A stretch of 40,992 bases of DNA, taken from Oligoflexia bacterium (GTDB lineage Bacteria; Bdellovibrionota; Bdellovibrionia; JABDDW01). The notes under the pieces are model-generated. The model did not search any database. It had not been told where the DNA came from and saw only the letters and a list, made by a program, of their open reading frames with translations. Below are positions 36,787 through 40,992 of this stretch, one piece after another. Location: assembly GCA_043732305.1 (NCBI GenBank), contig JAYTHU010000038.1, forward strand, positions 1 to 40,992, in the 5' to 3' direction. Every line of letters begins with the position of its first letter. Within the stretch, counting starts at the first letter, position 1. The translations under genes were made by a program, and so were the position numbers.

Positions 36787-38700
36787 TTGAAATTATCCAA
36801 ATATTTTTTTCGCACACTGAAGGAAGCTCCCGGTGATGCAGACATCGAAAGCCAAAAGCTTTTTATTCGCGGAAACTTCATAAAAAAACTAGCTCCAGGC
36901 AGTTACACCTACATGCCTTTGGGTCTGAGAAGTTTGCGCAAATTTGAAAATATTGTGCGTGAAGAGATGAATCGTGCCGGCGCCATCGAATTGCTAATGC
37001 CGATGGTTCAGCCTCGTGAACTTTGGGAAGAGACCGGTCGCTGGGAAATCATGGGCAAGGGTCTCATGAGAATGAAAGACCGAAACGAACATGAGTTTTG
37101 CCTTGGAGCCACTCACGAGGAAGTCATAACTGATATTGCGCGCAAAGAAATTCAGAGTTATCGCGATCTCCCACTAAGTTTTTACCAGATTCAAACGAAA
37201 TACAGAGACGAAATTAGACCGCGCTTTGGTTTGATGCGTGGAAAAGAATTTCTGATGAAAGACGCCTATAGTTTTGACGTCAGTAAAGAAAAGGCTCTTG
37301 AGAGTTACTGGAATATGTATCACGCCTATCAAAGAATATTTGCACGTTGTGGATTAGAATATAGAGTGGTTAAAGCTGATGCCGGTGCCATCGGTGGGTC
37401 CCTGACTCATGAGTTTCAAGTGCTCGCGCAAAGTGGGGAGGACCTCATTTTAGCTTGTGACAATTGTGATTATGCATCCAATATTGAAATCACGCCTTCT
37501 GTTTCTACGAATGAACCTATTGTCGAACTTCCCGAAACTCTGATTTTCAAAAGCGCAGACTTTAAAAAATTCTCCCTCAAAGGTGTTGATTTGCATGCGG
37601 CCATAAAGCATGAAGAAAAAATTCAAAAGTTTGATTTTAAAGAAGCCAAATTAAAACCTGCTTCTGATAAGGGTCTCGGCATCATCTTTACCCCAGGGCT
37701 CAAAACAATCGAAGATCTCGCGAAATTTTTGAAAACTGAATCTCTAAACTTAGCTAAAACTTTGTTTTTTCGAATCAGCGATGATCGTTACCTGTGTGTG
37801 ATGGTTCGCGGAGATGACGAACTCAATCCGATTAAACTAAAAAATGCGCTTGGACTTTCCAAAGATCCAGAACTTTGCAATGAAGGCGAAGTCATGATTT
37901 TAAGTGGAGCCGCTCCTGGAAGTTGTGGACCCATCGGACTTAATCTCGGTCTCAAAATTGAAGTCATTGTGGATGACAGACTGAAAAACTTAAAAAACTG
38001 GGTGGTCGGAGCGAATCTTGATCATTTCCATCTGTTCAACGTCAATCCAGAAAAAGATTTCAGCGTCACTATGTGGGCTGATCTTCGCAAAGTTAAAGAA
38101 GGAAACACTTGTCCTGAATGCGGAGTTGGAAAGCTCCGAGGTCATCGCGGCATTGAAGTGGGTCATATTTTTTATCTCGGAGATAAATACAGTAAGGTAA
38201 TGAAGTCGCAATTTTTGGATGAAGCCGGCAAGGCCAACAATTGTGAGATGGGCTGCTATGGAATCGGTGTGAGTCGTACTATTCAAGCCGCTATCGAACA
38301 AAGTCATGACAAAGATGGAATGATTTGGCCTTTGAGTTTGGCGCCTTTTCAAGTTTTGATTTGTCTCATCGATATCGAAGATGCAGAGATCAAAGCGGTC
38401 GCCGAAGAAATCTATCAGGCATTAGTGAACAAAGGCGTCGAAGTTTTGATGGATGATCGAAATGAGCGCCCCGGATCTAAATTTAAAGATGCTGATTTAG
38501 TGGGCATTCCTTTACGGGTGAACGTGGGTAAAAAATCATTTGCGGAATCTGGGTCTGTTGAATTGATTGAGCGCAAAACAAAGGCAATGGAAAAAGTAAT
38601 CGCGAAAGATGCCGTTTCCAAAGTTCTCGAATGGATTAAAAAAGAAAAAGCCAAAACTGATTTGTTCGTTTCTGAAATCACAGAGACCCGAGCGAAATGA
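36787..38700 (+). CDS. proS: Proline--tRNA ligase (bacterial type with editing domain)
   Basis: LGATHEE, RDEIRPRFGLMRGKEFLMKDAYSF, GIEVGHIF, MGCYGIGVSR and an anticodon-binding domain. TTG start. Confidence 0.96.
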   Translation: MKLSKYFFRTLKEAPGDADIESQKLFIRGNFIKKLAPGSYTYMPLGLRSLRKFENIVREEMNRAGAIELLMPMVQPRELWEETGRWEIMGKGLMRMKDRNEHEFCLGATHEEVITDIARKEIQSYRDLPLSFYQIQTKYRDEIRPRFGLMRGKEFLMKDAYSFDVSKEKALESYWNMYHAYQRIFARCGLEYRVVKADAGAIGGSLTHEFQVLAQSGEDLILACDNCDYASNIEITPSVSTNEPIVELPETLIFKSADFKKFSLKGVDLHAAIKHEEKIQKFDFKEAKLKPASDKGLGIIFTPGLKTIEDLAKFLKTESLNLAKTLFFRISDDRYLCVMVRGDDELNPIKLKNALGLSKDPELCNEGEVMILSGAAPGSCGPIGLNLGLKIEVIVDDRLKNLKNWVVGANLDHFHLFNVNPEKDFSVTMWADLRKVKEGNTCPECGVGKLRGHRGIEVGHIFYLGDKYSKVMKSQFLDEAGKANNCEMGCYGIGVSRTIQAAIEQSHDKDGMIWPLSLAPFQVLICLIDIEDAEIKAVAEEIYQALVNKGVEVLMDDRNERPGSKFKDADLVGIPLRVNVGKKSFAESGSVELIERKTKAMEKVIAKDAVSKVLEWIKKEKAKTDLFVSEITETRAK

Positions 38701-39422
38701 CTTCATTGAAAAATCCAATCATTGTTGCCCTAGATGTTGACAATGTGACTATCGCAAGAAAGTTGATCGAAAAACTTCACGGCAAAGTGGGTGGATTCAA
38801 AGTTGGCCCTAGGCTGACTTTCAGAACGGACAGAAATTTTATCAAGGAGCTAAAGTCCGCCGGAATAGTTTTCTTTGACCATAAATTTTTCGATATCCCG
38901 TCGACAACACTGGCTTCGGTAAAAGTGGCCGCTGAAATGGGTGCTGATTGGGTGACAGTTCATGCTTTGAATGGCGAGCCCTGTCTTAGAGAGCTAGCAA
39001 AATTAGAATCAGAAATCAAAATCACTAATCCTCAGTTTAAAATTCTCGCGGTGACAGTGCTTACGAGTTTTGACAAACAATCTCTTCCTCCCATTTGGGG
39101 CGATTTTTCCCTCGAAAACTCTGTCGAGCGTCTCGCGCAATCTGCGGCAAACGCTGGACTCAGCACTTTTGTTTGTTCGCCTCATGAAATTAAGAACATT
39201 AAAAATAAAATTCCTCATAGCTTCATTGTGACCCCCGGCGTCCGCGCTGCTATAAAGCCTTCATCTGTGCGCTCGACAGTTTCGCTAGACGATCAAAGCC
39301 GCGTGGCAACGGCAAGTGAAGCCATAGGGTGGGGTGCCTCCGCACTCGTTATTGGCAGGCCCATTGTGGAAGCAGAAGATCCAGCAAACGCAGCAGATGA
39401 AATTGTTAGATCGATCACTTAA
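38697..39422 (+). CDS. pyrF: Orotidine-5'-phosphate decarboxylase
   Basis: IVALD, FKVG, DHKFFDIPST, TVHA, VTVLTS, TPGVR, DDQSR and VIGRPI. Confidence 0.94.
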   Translation: MTSLKNPIIVALDVDNVTIARKLIEKLHGKVGGFKVGPRLTFRTDRNFIKELKSAGIVFFDHKFFDIPSTTLASVKVAAEMGADWVTVHALNGEPCLRELAKLESEIKITNPQFKILAVTVLTSFDKQSLPPIWGDFSLENSVERLAQSAANAGLSTFVCSPHEIKNIKNKIPHSFIVTPGVRAAIKPSSVRSTVSLDDQSRVATASEAIGWGASALVIGRPIVEAEDPANAADEIVRSIT

Positions 39423-39440
39423 AAAGGATAAAGCAGTAAA

Positions 39441-40163
39441 ATGAAAAGAGTAGTTCCCGGAATACATTCAGTAAAAGAAGTTATCAAAACTCGTCCTGAA
39501 GCCATCACAGAAATTTGGCTCAAGGAGGAGCGTTTGCATGAAGATTTGCTCGAGATAGAACAATTCGCAATTCAGAGAAAAATCAAAATTCAGAAGATGG
39601 GCGGCAAGCGCCTCGATCAAATCGTGACATCTCACCAGGGAGTTATTGCTTACGTGAGTGACAGTCCCTCGTGGCCAGATGTGAAACGATTCAAAGAATC
39701 TAAGAAAGCTTTGATTTTGGTTTGCGACAGCATTGAAGATCCTCAGAACATGGGAAGTCTTATGCGAAGTGCTTGGAACATGGGTGTGATGGGAGTCATG
39801 ATCAACAAAGATCGTTCCGCTGGTAGCAGTCCATCCGCGCAAAAAGTCGCTTCTGGAGCTTTTGAGCATGTTCCTGTCTTAGAAGTTGCAAATTTGGCTT
39901 CTGAAATTGCCAGTCTTAAAGAGCATGGATTTTGGGTTTATGGCCTCGATGAGAAAGCCGAAAAGCCAATCTATGAAGTGAGCCTTGCCGCTAAAACTAT
40001 TCTTGTGATGGGCTCTGAGGAAAAAGGCATGCGCAAGCCCGTGCGTGACGTATGCGACGATTTCATTCGAATTCCCTCCACTCCCACATCCAGCAGTCTC
40101 AACGTTTCCGTTGCCGGCGGGATCGCCATATACGAAGCCAAACGGCAAATTTCAGCAAAGTAA
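39441..40163 (+). CDS. rlmB: 23S rRNA Gm2251 methyltransferase (TrmH/SpoU family)
   Basis: GIHSVKE, HQGVIA, DSIEDPQNMGS.MRSA, GSEEKGMR and SLNVSVA. Confidence 0.88.
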   Translation: MKRVVPGIHSVKEVIKTRPEAITEIWLKEERLHEDLLEIEQFAIQRKIKIQKMGGKRLDQIVTSHQGVIAYVSDSPSWPDVKRFKESKKALILVCDSIEDPQNMGSLMRSAWNMGVMGVMINKDRSAGSSPSAQKVASGAFEHVPVLEVANLASEIASLKEHGFWVYGLDEKAEKPIYEVSLAAKTILVMGSEEKGMRKPVRDVCDDFIRIPSTPTSSSLNVSVAGGIAIYEAKRQISAK

Positions 40164-40235
40164 CGCTGTTAAGAACTTCGATATGGGCCGTTCCTTCGAA
40201 ATGCATCGAAATATATGGAATTCAAGAAAATAGCT

Positions 40236-40264
40236 TTGACTGTGGGCGCTAGATCAAATAAAAC
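40236..40264 (+). promoter_or_regulatory. Putative sigma70 promoter of the tRNA-tuf operon
   Basis: TTGACT-N17-TAAAAC followed by a GC-rich discriminator CCGAGG. Confidence 0.6.
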
Positions 40265-40340
40265 CCGAGGACAGTATCCGCTGAAAAAGTAGTTTTTATT
40301 GTTACTTATGAATTGATATTTGAATTAAATATCGATTTGA

Positions 40341-40416
40341 GCTGGCGTAGCTCAGTTGGTAGAGCAGCTGATTTGTAATCAGCAGGTCGCGGGTTCGAAT
40401 CCCATCGCCAGCTCCA
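40341..40416 (+). tRNA. tRNA-Thr (TGT)
   Basis: Cloverleaf with anticodon loop TTTGTAA and CCA end. Confidence 0.97.
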
Positions 40417-40485
40417 ACTTTGCGTGGCCCTAGGGCTGCAAAGCCGAGTAGTGATAGAGCGAGTTTTTTAATGGGTATTGGTCGA

Positions 40486-40570
40486 GGTGAGGTTCCCGAG
40501 TGGTCAAAGGGATCAGACTGTAAATCTGACGGCTCAGCCTTCGAAGGTTCAAATCCTTCCCTCACCACCA
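40486..40570 (+). tRNA. tRNA-Tyr (GTA)
   Basis: Cloverleaf with long variable arm, anticodon loop CTGTAAA and CCA end. Confidence 0.97.
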
Positions 40571-40592
40571 ATTTTTTTAGCTAGCTTGTTGG

Positions 40593-40669
40593 GCGGGAGT
40601 AGCTCAGCTGGTTAGAGCATCAGTTTTCCAAACTGAGGGTCGAGGGTTCGAATCCCTTTTCCCGCTCCA
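40593..40669 (+). tRNA. tRNA-Gly (TCC)
   Basis: Cloverleaf with anticodon loop TTTCCAA and CCA end. Confidence 0.97.
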
Positions 40670-40732
40670 TTTTGAGCTAGCTGTGAAATTGGTCGACGCA
40701 TGCCTGATGTTCAGGTGGAGAGAGTTCTTTGG

Positions 40733-40807
40733 GCCCAAGTAGCACAGTGGTAGTGCACTTCCTTGGTAAGGAAGAGGTCTCGGGTTCAATCCCCGACTTG
40801 GGCTCCA
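40733..40807 (+). tRNA. tRNA-Thr (GGT)
   Basis: Cloverleaf with anticodon loop TTGGTAA and CCA end. Confidence 0.97.
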
Positions 40808-40896
40808 GTTTTTTGTTTTAGTTTTATAAGTTTAAAAATAGATAGCAGCAATGATTAATAAAATTTGTTAACCACTCAGCCGGAGGACAAAGCAAA

Positions 40897-40992
40897 ATGG
40901 CAAAAGAGAAATTTGAGCGAAAAAAACCGCATTGTAACATTGGAACTATTGGTCACGTCGATCATGGTAAGACGACATTGACAGCGGCGATC
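40897..40992 (+). CDS. tuf: Elongation factor Tu (5' partial, runs off the window)
   Basis: [32 protein letters not shown] after a GGAGG SD, following the classic Thr-Tyr-Gly-Thr tRNA cluster. Confidence 0.97.
   Translation, partial: MAKEKFERKKPHCNIGTIGHVDHGKTTLTAAI

Noticed and set aside
40571..40690. Repeated AGCTAGCT after tRNA-Tyr and tRNA-Gly
   Set aside because: Only two 8-nt copies, too little to support a function.
40302..40789. Minus-strand ORFs of 89 and 61 aa
   Set aside because: These are translations of the antisense of tRNA genes.

Overview
This window of roughly 42% GC is mostly core chromosome, probably from a Bdellovibrionota (Bdellovibrio-like predator). That placement is inferred from the 277-aa flagellin, the receiver-less sigma54 activator and several small hypothetical genes. 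Left to right it holds: a recombinase remnant abutting tRNA-Arg(TCT); a lat + aldehyde dehydrogenase lysine-catabolism pair; a cell-envelope sugar/lipid block (GT4, wcaJ-like, UDP-GlcA decarboxylase, ugd, flippase-like protein, recO, dedA, gmhB, msbA); two orphan lipoproteins; xerC; a sigma54 activator; a basic/acidic disordered protein; mscS; fliC; small ORFs; an acyltransferase; a hydrolase; clpB; a secreted 5'-nucleotidase plus beta-barrel; ribD-ribE-ribBA-ribH; ntrY-ntrX-proS-pyrF-rlmB; the tRNA Thr-Tyr-Gly-Thr cluster; and the start of tuf. I see no CRISPR array, intact mobile element or defence island, and I cannot claim a definite novel system. The best leads lie at 13-22 kb: (i) an H1-like polybasic protein fused to a polyacidic tail ending in an SSB-like tip; (ii) a sigma54 promoter driving an unannotated 17-aa hydrophobic micro-ORF and an HPF-like gene; (iii) a ~250-nt flagellin leader packed with CsrA-type hairpins. 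All homology calls come from motif recognition; no searches were run.
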